49,077 nt of DNA from Octopus bimaculoides (GCF_001194135.2 NC_068987.1:108510102-108559178); one strand, 5' to 3'. Shown: positions 23,983 to 37,773, counted from the first letter of the stretch. The notes: generated from the letters alone by a model not told the origin. Made by a program: numbers and translations.

Positions 23983-23983
<1 letters not shown>
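23778..23983. mobile_element. MITE with 57-58-bp terminal inverted repeats
   Basis: 23778-23834 versus reverse complement of 23926-23983 differ by 2 substitutions and 1 indel; right end followed by AT-repeat, consistent with a Tc1/mariner-type TA target. Confidence 0.85.
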
Positions 23984-24014
<31 letters not shown>

Positions 24015-24449
24015 TGTATGTGTGTATGTATGTTTGTTTGCATGTATGTATGTATGTGTGTGTGTGTATGTATGTATTTCTGATTGTTTTTCTGAAAAAA
24101 CATTGAAACAATGATAAAAAAGTTTTGCGTTAATCTGATGGGTTACTCTATACTTCTGTAGAGTACAAATTTATTATTCTTAAGCAAGGATGTTTTTCAC
24201 AGTAACTTCTAAGTTTTAGGCAGGTAAGCCACCGTCGGATGATGGCTTGGTTAACCTCAACTTCGAAGTCATTGTCAACAACATTCTTACTTAAATATAG
24301 TAACATATATATANNNNNNNNNNNNNNNNNNNNNNNNNNTATACATACATATATATGAACATATATATGTAAATATGTATACTAACACACATACAAAATA
24401 CTATATTAGTATATATGTAGCTATGCGTGTATGTTAATTGCTATTTAGT

Positions 24450-24830
24450 AGAACGATAACTTTGTAGTAAAGAAACCAAACTAACAAATGTAAAACTCTT
24501 TTGGTTTCAAAGCGAAAAACTCTGAAATGTAAGTTTCGACCTATACCTGGCTTGCGAAAGTTATGTACCCCAAATGATTATTTAAACAACAAAACAAATG
24601 GTAGTCTGAAGGAGCAAGGTCGGGAGAATAAGGTAGATGAGGAATGTTTTCCCAAGCAAGCTCTTCGATCTTCTATGATGTGATCTTTGCAGTGTGGGGT
24701 CGCGCATTGTCCTGATAAAACATCACTCCATTTTGATTCACTAAATTCAGTTAGACATTCTAAAATACTATTAAATTTCATTCAATTTTAAAAATGGTAA
24801 AATCGGAGAGAACATATGGGGTGACCTGAT
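24450..24830 (-). mobile_element. Mariner DD34D, internally deleted relic
   Basis: FYQDNARPHTAKITS*KIEELAWENIPHLPYSPDLAPSDYHLF (34-residue spacing); likely 5' terminus tatcaggtcacccca next to (TA)n. Confidence 0.85.
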
Positions 24831-25993
24831 ATATATATATATATATATATANNNNNNNNNNNNNNNNNNNNNNNNNNNNNNNNNNNNNNNNNNNNNNNNN
24901 NNNNNNNNNNNNNNNNNNNNNNNNNNNNNNNNNNNNNNNNNNNNNNNNNNNNNNNNNNNNNNNNNNNNNNNNNNNNNNNNNNNNNNNNNNNNNNNNNGTG
25001 TGTATGTGTGTGTGTGTGTGCGTGTGTGTGTGTGTGTGTTTGTGTATTTAAATATCTACGAAATATTTTGTAAAATAAATATTTATTTAACTGTTACCAA
25101 AGTAGCAAAATTATCACTTGAAAAGTTGTTTATACTTTATTTAAATATAATGACTTTCGTATAGGTGATACAATTTTTGGTGCATATCAATTGAAATAAG
25201 AGCCATGACGCAATCCTATATATTAAAACTTGTTCATTATCCTGTGCGCATTTCGATGCAAGATCCCGACTCACTCTTGTCTGAGATAAAAAAAAAAATT
25301 AGGGGCTTCCTTCTCTTCAGGACCAAGTTACATTAATTCACAACACACCATTACTTGTACTTAAATTACATGTGTATAACAAAGTTCTAATCAGGTTGTT
25401 TCGACAGGAACATATTGAAACTGCTTGCAATATCGGTTAAGAAAACCGTTATATAGTAAAGTAACTAAGTAGAACTGTTAACCTAGGATATTAAGTAACG
25501 ATATGCATACGAAGCCGTTTCATGAAATAAAAAAAAAACCGTTAGAAAAGTAAGTAAATAAAATAAAACGTAGAAAGAAAAAGTACGTATTATAGATCTT
25601 AACAGAAATACAAATTAATGGTCAAAGGGACATAAATCAAGCAAAATAATATTTTTGATCTACATAATTCATTCCATTGTGATTAACCCTATCAAATAAT
25701 TGTATTTATTTTAAAGTTTAGAATAGTTTTGAAACATTATTTAAGGATATGTAATCAAGATATATCATAAATTATAAATTATAAATTATAAAATAATACG
25801 GTTTATTTTGTTATGTTGTTGAATGTATTTGAGGTCTTCATCCAAAATACCAATGCTTTTTTTTATTTATTGCTTCTTATATATCGTAAACTACAGATAA
25901 TGTCTATGTATGTGGCTGCGAATAATGCATGTAGCTGCGCATACTCATCATTGACAAAGCGCATCAAACCTGAAATACATCTAGAGCCCTCAC

Positions 25994-26058
25994 CGCTGCC
26001 GAGACGTATCTTTGTCTCTCTCCGAAATAGTTTTTGTGCGACCATTAGACATGTTAAC
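25994..26058 (-). CDS. Candidate 65-nt exon (VNMSNGRTKTISERDKDTSRQ or LTCLMVAQKLFRRETKIRLGS)
   Basis: Acceptor ggtattcttccAG, donor GCG|gtgagg, two open frames; no homology recognised. Confidence 0.2.
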
Positions 26059-27809
26059 CTGGAAGAATACCGCAGTAACTTGCCTGCCAATGATATCTAT
26101 AAATATGTTTGCTTTGTAAAATCATACATGCATACATGCATACATAAATGCATACATACATGCATACATAAATGCACATGTACACATGGGTGCAGGAAGG
26201 TATATACCTGCATGCATGTGTATGTGTGTGTATATATATATATATTTATGTATATGTATGTATATGTACACACATATATATATATGCACATATATATACG
26301 TACATATATACATACACGCATACACACATACACACACACACACACACACACAGAAAGAGAAAGAGCAACATGCTGTAAGTTTCCGAGTTAAAATGAGTGC
26401 GTGCGTGCGTGCGTGTGACAGAGAATGAGAGAGAACTTTTGTGATTATGTAGCACAGAGAGGGCGAAAAGGGTGAAAGAGAAAGAGAGAGGGGGAGGGGA
26501 TAGGAGGAGTTAGATCACTTCAATGATGTTATATAATTTATTGCCCAGTGAGCTATCAATTTCATGAAGACGACGCTGGCTTCGTTTCGATTTACTGTCA
26601 ATTCAGAGTTGTCTTATTACACTAGACAGACAAGTGAGTATTTAAACGAGAGGTTTTTCATAAACACACACAAACACACACACACACATACATATAGCAT
26701 ATTACTGAGTTATGTGTATGAATGTTTGCACATATTTGTATGTATGTGTGAATGTGTGTGCGTGTGTACGTGTGTGTGTACGCGTGTGGTATAGAGAACG
26801 AGAGAGAGAGAGAGAGATACAGACCGATATCGTGTCTTATAATTTATAATATATATAAGGCATGCTTATATTAAATCTATGTGCCTATCTATCAATCTAT
26901 CTTGTAATCATTTCACTTCTAAATAATTATTTATGAATAAATTTTGTACACACACATACACACACACACACATGTATGTGTGTATGTATGTGTATAAACG
27001 CATGCTCATACAAATGTGTTTAGGTTTGTGTTTGCGCGCAGGCATAGAAGGAGGGAGTGAGTGAGAAAGAAAAGTGTCATACAGATGTAAGAATAATATG
27101 ATATATTCAAGTAATATTGGCTTATTCATAAAGGAGCTAATATGTCCGTGAACGCTTATTAGAATTATTTAAAGAAGTCTTGCTAAAATGTCTGTGCACA
27201 CACAACCACACAAACATATAGATATCCATATATATAAGCTTAAATACATACATAGACACACGTGTGTGTACGCGCGTCTGTAATATAAACGTCGTTTTTG
27301 ATAAACGTTCTCATTGCAGTATTGCAGGTCAAATGTCAGAGCAATGTGAAGACGATTTGTACGAATCATGGCAAACCTAACCTTGCGACTATATTTTCTG
27401 CCAACCTTCAGCTAGTTGTGGCCTGTTGTAACAAATCTCCTCCTGTACCTTGACGGGGAGTAAACCTAATACGATGCTACCTTACGCTTTATTAAAAAAG
27501 GGAGATAACAAGAAAGGCATTGTCTGAAAATTGCAACTTTCCCTGATTCGTCGCAGCTACCGACATCATCTTTATTTGTAGATAAATATATGTATAACTC
27601 CTTTGGTTAGCTTGTATTTGTAAATATACGCACACACACTGGTGTGGGAACACACTCAAGTAGTATACATTTAATAGACGTTAAAAAGGACATCGGAAGA
27701 AGACCAAAGTTTGAAAAATAAGATAAAGAGGTGTCTTATTCTTTCGGATGTTAGTATTTCAATATAAGAAAGACAGAGAAATATATAAAGGAGAATAAGA
27801 AAGGAAAAT

Positions 27810-27952
27810 GAGGGTGGGCTGAAAAGTTCCAGGCTTTGGATAAAAGAAAATACAGGAGGATCAATTAATTATGATTTTATTCAACATATTCCCCTCTCAG
27901 ACTCACACACTTATTACAGCCGTTCTTCACTTTTTCTAAGGCCTCAAGCCAG
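27810..27952 (-). mobile_element. Mariner 3' end with terminal repeat
   Basis: Minus strand reads LEKVKNGCNKCVSLRGEYVE* (mariner C-terminus W.KC..L.G.YVE); terminal gagggtgggctgaaaagttc. Confidence 0.75.
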
Positions 27953-28094
27953 ACCACTTCCTTGTATTGTCTTTTTCAATTCTTATTATAATTACAATAT
28001 ATATTCAACGCTTATGCAGACCTCCTTAAGATTAGATCTCGGAACACCATCTTTGATCGATAAATTGGATGACCAACATGATTATCTTCTCTTG

Positions 28095-28128
<34 letters not shown>

Positions 28129-29094
28129 GTCTACANNNNNNNNNNNNNNNNNNNNNNNNNNNNNNNNNNNNNNNNNNNNNNNNNNNNNNNNNNNNNNNNN
28201 NNNNNNNNNNNNNNNNNNNNNNNNNNNNNNNNNNNNNNNNNNNNNNNNNNNNNNNNNNNNNNNNNNNNNNNNNNNNNNNNNNNNNNNNNNNNNNNNNNNN
28301 NNNNNNNNNNNNNNNNNNNNNNNNNNNNNNNNNNNNNNNNNNNNNNNNNNNNNNNNNNNNNNNNNNNNNNNNNNNNNNNNNNNNNNNNNNNNNNNNNNNN
28401 NNNNNNNNNNNNNNNNNNNNNNNNNNNNNNNNNNNNNNNNNNNNNNNNNNNNNNNNNNNNNNNNNNNNNNNNNNNNNNNNNNNNNNNNNNNNNNNNNNNN
28501 NNNNNNNNNNNNNNNNNNNNNNNNNNNNNNNNNNNNNNNNNNNNNNNNNNNNNNNNNNNNNNNNNNNNNNNNNNNNNNNNNNNNNNNNNNNNNNNNNNNN
28601 NNNNNNNNNNNNNNNNNNNNNNNNNNNNNNNNNNNNNNNNNNNNNNNNNNNNNNNNNNNNNNNNNNNNNNNNNNNNNNNNNNNNNNNNNNNNNNNNNNNN
28701 NNNNNNNNNNNNNNNNNNNNNNNNNNNNNNNNNNNNNNNNNNNNNNNNNNNNNNNNNNNNNNNNNNNNNNNNNNNNNNNNNNNNNNNNNNNNNNNNNNNN
28801 NNNNNNNNNNNNNNNNNNNNNNNNNNNNNNNNNNNNNNNNNNNNNNNNNNNNNNNNNNNNNNNNNNNNNNNNNNNNNNNNNNNNNNNNNNNNNNNNNNNN
28901 NNNNNNNNNNNNNNNNNNNNNNNNNNNNNNNNNNNNATATATAAATATATATATATGTATATGTACATATGTGTGTGTGTGTGTGTATATATATAGATAC
29001 ATACATGCATAAATATAGATAGATAGATATAGCTGTATGTATGTATGTGTGTGTGTAATATAGAGAGAGAGAGGAAGGGAGAGAGTGAAAAAGG

Positions 29095-29228
29095 GGGACA
29101 GAATAGTTAGCACGCGGAGCAAAATGTTTAGGAGCTTCTCTTCTGGGTTTACGTTCTGAATTCAAATGCCGCTGAGATCGATTCTCCCTTTCATCTGTTT
29201 AGGTTCGATAAAATAAATGCCAGCTAAA
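29095..29228 (+). mobile_element. SINE family A, diverged
   Basis: gttagcacgc...aaaatgtttag...acgttctgaattcaaatgccgc...tttcatc. Confidence 0.65.
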
Positions 29229-29924
29229 CATCGTAGTCTATAAAATCCACAAAATTTCAGACCTTTTGCTTATAGAATAAAAGATATGTATGTGTATATG
29301 AGTGTATGTATGTGCGTGTATGTGTATGTGTGCTTGTGTGGACGTGTGTGTGTGCCTTGGTGGATGTGTATGTATGTACATATGTATAGAATAGGTATGT
29401 CTATGTATACATACATACATACACACACAGTATTTTCCTAATTTTACTCCTATTTGATTTAAACCCATTGGCAATAACACCTGTTTGAAATTTATCCAAG
29501 ACGCGCATATTTTCTTACCAATCATCACAAAGCTCAGGTGAATATTTACTAAACAACATCTGTTCGTTTTGTTTACAAACCATTATGTTTGAAGAATTCT
29601 TACATTATTCTGTGTTTTGAAGTGGTTTCTGATTTATCCTAAGACATCTCATTCAATAATTACTTATGTGCTTATTCTTTTCTAATTAAGTGTGTTATTT
29701 AGCTACTTCAACAGATTTCTTTGTGATTTAATAGGAATTGCAAACAGTATTTGTCTGTTTACTATTCTAAGATGATTACTGTTCATAGGAAATTTTATTA
29801 TTTTTAAGTGAGTTAATTTTGTAATGATGAGAAGAGAACAAAGGAACGGCCATGTCGTGTAAAAGAATCTCAATGACTCCTAAGTGCTCAAAATCAGGAA
29901 ATAAAGAATCTTTGAGTTATACGT

Positions 29925-30092
29925 ATAGGCGTAGCTTCGTAGTTTGGAAGCCCGCTTTACAATTCCGTGGTTTGGAGTTTAGTTCCACTGCATGGCACCT
30001 TCAGCAAATTTTTCTACTAGAAATCGGAGCCAACCAATGCCTTGTGAGCCAATCTGGCAGACAGATACTCTTTGGAAGCCTGTCGAATATAT
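29925..30092 (+). mobile_element. SINE family B head, diverged
   Basis: taggcgtagc...agttccactgcatggcacctt.agcaa...gccttgtgag...aagcctgtcg. Confidence 0.6.
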
Positions 30093-30827
30093 AAAGGCCG
30101 TAGGATTTTTAACTGGATTATTGACATCCAAAATTTTGTCTTCTAGACTCTTAACTTTCTTCATGATTTCGTTATATAACCCGTAAGTTGACCTATATAT
30201 GTATTTATTTTATATTTATATATAAGTATTTATATATATGTATATATTTTTAATGTATATATATATCTATGTATTTATATATTGTTATATGTATATTTTT
30301 AATGTATTTAGTTACTCTATATATTTTTATATATCTAGAAATTCATGCATGATGGGTCTGGGACTGAATAAATATAAATATAGATGTGAACTTGATTTTT
30401 ACTTCTACTCCATTCTAACTTCTACTCCATTCAGGTTTGAATATCTTGAGCACTTCAGAGTGAAGTCTATGCATTGGAGAAAATCTTTTTTCCTTTTATA
30501 TATATATATATATGTATATATATATACACACACACACACACATATATACATATATACACACATATATATACATATATACATATATATATACATACATATA
30601 TATATATACATATACATGCATATATATCATAAAAGTATTTTTTTCATTTGTCTTGCCCTTTTACAGTCTGTTGTGTCGCTAAATTTTTACTGGTAACAGA
30701 TATTTTTTTCGTGGTTAGATGATTCGGCATCTATTTCTAGCATATAGGAGTCCACTTTTGCTGGTCATTCCTGGTGTGTGTGTGTGATGTGTTTGTGTGT
30801 GCATATACGTATATATGTGTTATATGT

Positions 30828-31162
30828 GAAGGCTCATGGCTCAGTGGTTAGAGCGTCGAGCTTACGATCGTGAAGTTGTGAGTTCGATTCCCGGACCGGG
30901 CTGCATGTTGTGTTCTTGAGCAAGACACTTTATTTCACGTCGCTGCAGTTACCTCAGCTGTAGAAATGGGCTGCGGCATCACTGGTACCAAGCTGTATCG
31001 GCCTTTGCTTTCCCTTGGATAACATATGCGGTGTGCAAAGGGGAGGCGGGTATGCATGGGCGACTTCCTGTCTTCCATAAACAACCTTGCCCGGACTTGT
31101 GCCTCGGAGGGTAACTTTCTAGGTGCAATCCCATGCTCAGTCATGACCGAAGGGGTCTCCTC
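30828..31162 (+). mobile_element. SINE family C, full length
   Basis: TGGCTCAGTGGTTAGAGC A box, GAGTTCGATTCCC B box; collinear with 16832-17168. Confidence 0.9.
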
Positions 31163-31442
31163 TTGATATATGTTATTTGGCACATTTATCGAAAGTACCT
31201 AAGTTGAAATCATAGTATTCGAAAGCTGAATTCATTGAAAACATCAACCAACATTAAATATCAATACAGCGAATCTTATTGAAAGGCTAAATTCGTAAAC
31301 AGCATATGATTTTAAAATGATAAAAGCGAACCAGTTTTCAAAGGAAATTATTTTTGTTATTTATTTTTGTGTATGTTTATGTGGTAGGTAAAGTATCTGA
31401 CAGAAGTATGACATTTTCATATACTTACGACTTTGTTTAAAT

Positions 31443-31652
31443 TTCTTCTATTCTAGGCACAACGCCTGAAGTTTTGCGGGAGGATCCAGTCGATTAGATC
31501 GATCCCTGTACACAAATGCTACCTAATTTATCGACCCCGAAAGGATGAAAGGCAAAGTCGACCTCGGCGCAATTTGAACTCAGAACGTAAACACAAACGA
31601 AATACCGCTAGCATTTCGCCCGGCGTGCTAACATCCCTGCCAGTTCGCCGCC
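31443..31652 (-). mobile_element. SINE family A, full length
   Basis: Minus strand: ggcggcgaactggcag...GAGTTCAAATTGC...gtcgactttgcctttcatcctttcggggtcgataaa...gtgcctagaa. Confidence 0.9.
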
Positions 31653-32233
31653 TTACAACTTTGCTAAATTGCAATGATTATAAAGACTTCTCGCAAGGAA
31701 CAGGATGATAAAAGTTCTAGGCGATATATAGGCGACTAGATCTAACCAATAATTTGATCAGTATATATTTTATCAACCCCTAAAAGTAGACGGGCAACGG
31801 AGGAGAAGAGGGTGCGTTTTGAAGGCAGAAGCTAAAAGAAAGTAAGTCCGCGGCGCAGATTGAATTAATTGAAACGCCACCCATTACCGTTATAACATTT
31901 ATGCTTAACATACAACGTAGAGAGACAGTGAGAGCAATCCAATCGATATTACTACTTGACTGATACTTGAGCAGCCGTCCTCAATTAATTATTGTGTGTC
32001 CAGCATAACTTTCTAGACAATACTAACGATTGTGTGATGTAAATGTTATATTTTATGGGTGTCGCAAGTAACTTACTAAAGCCGACGACAGATTGCGTAG
32101 ATTTTATTATTTTCTATTAATTCTGATTTATATATAAACAATTTATAAATTTTAAGTGTTTAGCATATTATGACAGTTGATTTAAATATTTATAGATCGA
32201 TGCATTATTTATTTTATATTTGTGTGTGTGTGT

Positions 32234-32296
<63 letters not shown>

Positions 32297-32429
32297 TATG
32301 TTTCTTTCCAAAATATTAATTTTTTTGTAAATATTCCGTTGTTCCTGCGATGAATATATTTTGGATGGTCGTTTCGTGTCTCGACAAGTTTATAGTTTAG
32401 TCAATATACTTTCGACAGATAGATTTTCG

Positions 32430-33075
32430 TTGAGTGTTCTTCTTTATTATGAGCTCAACTCCGGTAAGCAACCAAAACATAAGCCCTGAAGGAAAATCTG
32501 AAGAAACTGGATATGAACGAAAGTGATTGGGAAACTAATGCTGTGGATCGGAACAAATCTAGAGGTGCTGTCAGGACTGTTTGCAACGCCTAGGAGGAAA
32601 AGATTATTCAACGCTCTGAGCTCAAAAGGGCCTGCCGGAAAGGAAGAATTGGAACTGAAATCAACAGTGAATTCTGCAGATGTAGTATGTTCGATCGTAT
32701 TCTACTGTCAAAAGCAGGATACGTGAATCGTATGAAGTCACATGAAAATCGAAATGCCCCGGTAGGTAATAATTTTGAATCTTCAACCGCTTCTTATGAC
32801 TTGTGCCATATATCACAAAACTTGTAAGACAATATCTGAACTTAAAAGACATGTGTTAGTTCGCAAAAACATTCATTCGTAATCAGATTCCAAAGGGTAA
32901 AAATGTAGGAGGAACTGGAATAATATCTGTCACTTGTATTTTAAACCCTGTCAGCCAGCAGCTGGTTTTAAAAGTCTTCTGAGGGCTCATCAACAGAGGG
33001 ATCCTGGTGTGTGATGGGGTGTCGTATATGTGTGTATTGAGGGGACGGCTATCATCCGTTAAAATGAAGTAATCA
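32430..33075 (+). mobile_element. RTE-clade LINE 3' end with three degenerate C2H2 zinc fingers
   Basis: LYYELNSGK...LKENLKKLDMNESDWETNAVDR, then C-x2-C-x12-H-x3-H spacing at 32681-32743, 32802-32864 and 32928-32990. Confidence 0.75.
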
Positions 33076-33260
33076 TCATATATACATGCATATATATATA
33101 CAATGTTCAAATGCTTCATTCTCCTCATCATCAATATTGAACCTTACGCTCTAAGTAGTCAAGAAATAAACTGTAACATCGGACGGGAACTAGAGGAAGT
33201 TTACCAAAAAACGCACCGTCTGAAGGAACCACATCTCAAGGGACCAGCCTTAACATATAT

Positions 33261-33307
<47 letters not shown>

Positions 33308-33720
33308 NNNNNNNNNNNNNNNNNNNNNNNNNNNNNNNNNNNNNNNNNNNNNNNNNNNNNNNNNNNNNNNNNNNNNNNNNNNNNNNNNNNNNNNNNNNNN
33401 NNNNNNNNNNNNNNNNNNNNNNNNNNNNNNNNNNNNNNNNNNNNNNNNNNNNNNNNNNNNNNNNNNNNNNNNNNNNNNNNNNNNNNNNNNNNNNNNNNNN
33501 NNNNNNNNNNNNNNNNNNNNNNNNNNNNNNNNNNNNNNNNNNNNNNNNNNNNNNNNNNNNNNNNNNNNNNNNNNNNNNNNNNNNNNNNNNNNNNNNNNNN
33601 NNNNNNNNNNNNNNNNNNNNNNNNNNNNNNNNNNNNNNNNNNNNNNNNNNNNNATATATATATATATATATATATACATAATAATATATATGTGTGTGTG
33701 TGTATGTGTAAGTATGTATG

Positions 33721-34940
33721 TACTGGGCCATCCCATAAATAATGCAGTTGTTTTATACTTCTGCATGAAAATCAAGATAAAGTTCTTCAATTTAAATTAT
33801 ACTCTCCAGTTTCTACAATGCTCTTCCATATATCTGGTAGACTTGTGAGGCCCCTACTTCCAAAATTCACTAGACGACAACGAAAAATAATCCTCCAGAA
33901 CTGTTCTGACCTCGTCTACAAAATTCATATTTTTTCCGTCCAAATGATTTAGAAGACTGCGGAATAGATGATAATCAGATGGGCCAATGTCCGGCGAACA
34001 TGGTGGGTGGGGCATCGTTTCCCATTCAAATGCTCCACCCTTTAGAATGTCATCCTCGCTGTATGTGGCCGAGCATTATCCTGGTGGAAGAACATCTTTC
34101 GTCTTGAAACCAAAGATGGTTGTTTTTCTTCTAGTGCTGACTTAAGCCGTTCAATTTGCTCGCAGTAGATCGACTTTGTTATCGTTTGGTTTGGGTTTAA
34201 AAGTTCAAAGTGGACTAAACCTTTTATATCTCACCAAACAGATAACAATAACTTACGTGGGTGAAGACCTTCTTTACCCTGGTGTGCTGGTGTTTCTCCT
34301 TTCCATACCCACTGTCTTCGGCATTTGATATTCTTATAGAAAAATCATTTCTCGTTACCAATCACTATTCGGTCCAAAAATGGTTCATTCGTGAGACGTG
34401 ACAGCAAAGAAGAGCACACGTTCACTCTCTGCGCGCGATTAGACTCGGAAAGTTTGTGAGGAACCCACTGACCCAATTTGCTGACATATCTGATGGCACA
34501 CAGATGTCGATGAATGGTTGAATGACCAAATCCAAGCTTCTCTGCTGGTTCCTCAACAGTTACGATGAGATTTTGTTTCACCAGGGTTTGCAGGACGTCC
34601 TCGTCGAGCTCTACAGATCTTCCAGAACGAGGCTCATCTTCTACGCTGTAGTTTCTGCCTCGGAATTTCTGTAACCACCGTTGACACTGGCTTACACTTA
34701 TTGTCTGATGTACATATACTGCATTAATATTCATTGCCCTTTCCTTTTCCTTTATTGAACTCATAATGCAAAACATACTAAATATGCTCCTTTGTCACTT
34801 CCATTATAGTTTTGAAAAAATAACTGTTAAAATCGAACTGCACTCTTCAAAATTTGCACTAAGAATAAGACAAGGTAAAATTACTACATGATTTTATAGC
34901 GAGTTTATCTCATCCCCCTCCCACTTTTAGTTCTTGCAAT
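33721..34940 (-). mobile_element. Mariner DD34D, near full length, transposase pseudogene
   Basis: ORF 34345-34776 has the HTH region, WVPHKL and IVIGNEK; downstream HQDNARPHT and PHPPCSPDIGPSDYH after frameshifts. 3' terminus TA|ctgggccatcccataaat; 5' terminus in gap. Confidence 0.9.
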
Positions 34941-35944
34941 NNNNNNNNNNNNNNNNNNNNNNNNNNNNNNNNNNNNNNNNNNNNNNNNNNNNNNNNNNNN
35001 NNNNNNNNNNNNNNNNNNNNNNNNNNNNNNNNNNNNNNNNNNNNNNNNNNNNNNNNNNNNNNNNNNNNNNNNNNNNNNNNNNNNNNNNNNNNNNNNNNNN
35101 NNNNNNNNNNNNNNNNNNNNNNNNNNNNNNNNNNNNNNNNNNNNNNNNNNNNNNNNNNNNNNNNNNNNNNNNNNNNNNNNNNNNNNNNNNNNNNNNNNNN
35201 NNNNNNNNNNNNNNNNNNNNNNNNNNNNNNNNNNNNNNNNNNNNNNNNNNNNNNNNNNNNNNNNNNNNNNNNNNNNNNNNNNNNNNNNNNNNNNNNNNNN
35301 NNNNNNNNNNNNNNNNNNNNNNNNNNNNNNATATATATATATATATATAAGCTAACAGCTATCGATGTCTATTGATATTTCAGGTCTTAATACAGCAGTG
35401 CAATCGGGGTAATTGATACGGTCATATGCTGCCTGATCATCTATTGGTAGACAGTAATTGTAGAAAAAGCATGGATAGAAAATTCAAGAGGATTACATTT
35501 CTAGAAGCATATTGTGTTCTGTCGCCCACTTCGTACTCAGTGACCTTCAATTAGAGGATATGTTAATCACTGTCACGTCGTTACTGGCTTGTGATACAAG
35601 GGGTTGCTGATCCTTTCATGTATGCTATGGCGACAGTCGTTTCTCCGTCATCATTCCTTAAAGCGTAACCACTAAGTAGACCCATCTGGGATTTTCAATC
35701 TTTCCATCTTGATTTAAGGAGCCTGCGATAAACTAAAAACAGTTGATTAAATCGACGCCAGTATTTGACTTACAATTTATAATAGAATTAACATTAAACT
35801 AAGTTATAGATGAAAAACTTAGTATCAAACAAGTTATCTAATTTAACCGAGGTTAGCTAAATACAAATGCATGACTGCGTCGCTTATTTAGTCATGCAAT
35901 GAATGCTGAAACGATTATCTACGAGACAGAAGACATTTCCACTA

Positions 35945-36086
35945 AACTGAGTCTGCTCTATTTTATTGACTAGAAAGAATGAAAAGTAGTGCTGGCTTTG
36001 GCAAAATATGAAGTCAGACATAAAACCAGAACTCAATACAACGTATCCTTTCACCCGACGCTCTAAAAGCTATGCGAATGGCTCAC
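35945..36086 (-). mobile_element. SINE family A, highly diverged
   Basis: ctattttattgac...gaatgaaa...ctttggcaaaatatgaagtcaga...tttcacccgacgctcta. Confidence 0.4.
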
Positions 36087-36255
36087 ATATTCAGGAAGAC
36101 GGACAGAGATAATTGCTTCATGTAGGCAGTTTGACTCAAAATTCAACAGAGTTGGAGTAATAGACGGATAACTATTGGTCCTGGCGTATCTCTTTGGAGT
36201 GGGTACAGAATTAACTTATATTTTAATGTTGGAGCAAAAGATATTGCACTAGTAC

Positions 36256-36474
36256 AGGCAAAGATATGGCTGTGTGGTAAGTAACTTGCTTCTAAGCCAC
36301 ATGGTTCCAGATTCAGTCCCATTGCGTGGCACCTTCGGCAAGTGTCTTCTATTATAGCTTTGTGCCGACCAAAGCCCTGTACGTGGATTTGGTAGACGGA
36401 AATTGAAAGAAGCCCGTCGTATATGTATATGTGGGTGTGTGGATGTTTGCGCGTGTATTTGTGTACGAGTTGGC

Positions 36475-36510
<36 letters not shown>

Positions 36511-36740
36511 GCATGTGCGCGTGAATGTGTGTGTGTGTGTGCGTCTTTGTGTCAGTTTCTGTCCACCACAATGTCTGACAACCAGTTTTGATGTGTCCCT
36601 ATAACATAGCAATTCGGCAAAAGAGACGGATATAATAAGTACCAGGCTTAACAAAAATAAATAAGCAATGGTTTCGATTCATTTTTCAATGTGGTGCTGC
36701 AGCATGGCCGCAGTCTAATGGCTGACAGACAGTACTAGCA
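36256..36740 (+). mobile_element. SINE family B, full length, expanded internal microsatellite
   Basis: Collinear with 14004-14417; internal (GT)-rich tract about 36420-36545. Confidence 0.85.
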
Positions 36741-36762
36741 GAAGTATAACTATGACAGTGCT

Positions 36763-36803
<41 letters not shown>

Positions 36804-37435
36804 ACACAGGCACGCACGTACACACAGGCACACACACAGAGTAAACATGGTGCCTTTGAGCCAGCAGCGTTGGCAATTGCTTCATAGCCAATCAATCGAT
36901 TGGTGTTCGTTTTGATTTGGTTAAAAAATGTATGCATGGTTCGACGGACGATGATGTCTATCTGCATATATGCCTGTGTATGCAGATATCTGTCTATGCA
37001 TGTGTATGTGCACGTATGTTGAAAATTCTGAATGATTGGTGAAATACAAAAGAGAAGTATATTGTTTTAGTGAACAATTCTCCAAAAGCTGCTGTTTACC
37101 TAAACTAGGTTCACCTGTAAACATGCGATTGTATTACGCCATTGAATTGCCTTCTCCCTCTTATTTCCTGCCTCCCACTTCGTATTAAGCTTTCTCTTAC
37201 TTCTCCCTCTGACTCTCCCTATATTCATACTACCCTCTGCTGTCTCATATTCTCGTTATTGTTATTAATCTCATCTTCCCTCTGACCTCTACTCTCTGTT
37301 TTCATTATTCATTCGTCTTCACCCGCAAACAGACAATAACTGAGCGGCAATGCATACACACTCATGAATGCGTAACATATACATATACATCTACACTCAC
37401 ATGCACTCACATTTGTGTACACGCACACACACACA

Positions 37436-37480
<45 letters not shown>

Positions 37481-37733
37481 CCTGCCAACAGGCAGTTATA
37501 CAGACATACATAAGTACATATTTATGTTTACATATATGCACGCATATATGTACACACACACTCACTTGTACGAACACGCATACACATCCACACACATGCA
37601 CGCAAACAAACATATACAGAGATACAAGAATAGATACATACAAATTAATACATAAGTAAATATGAGAGTAATAGTGACTATCAGAATACCATCATTAGTG
37701 GCAGCGAATACTAGCCGTAGAGGCAAAATCAAT

Positions 37734-37773
<40 letters not shown>

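Noticed and set aside
24228-24236. ttttAG-GCAG-gtaagc apparent 4-nt microexon
   Set aside because: Implausibly short, and the longer 21-nt alternative has stops in all frames.
30828-30905. tRNA-like segments (also 190-263, 10131-10205, 16832-16910)
   Set aside because: They have A/B boxes but no complete cloverleaf acceptor stem and run into shared SINE bodies; SINE heads, not tRNA genes.
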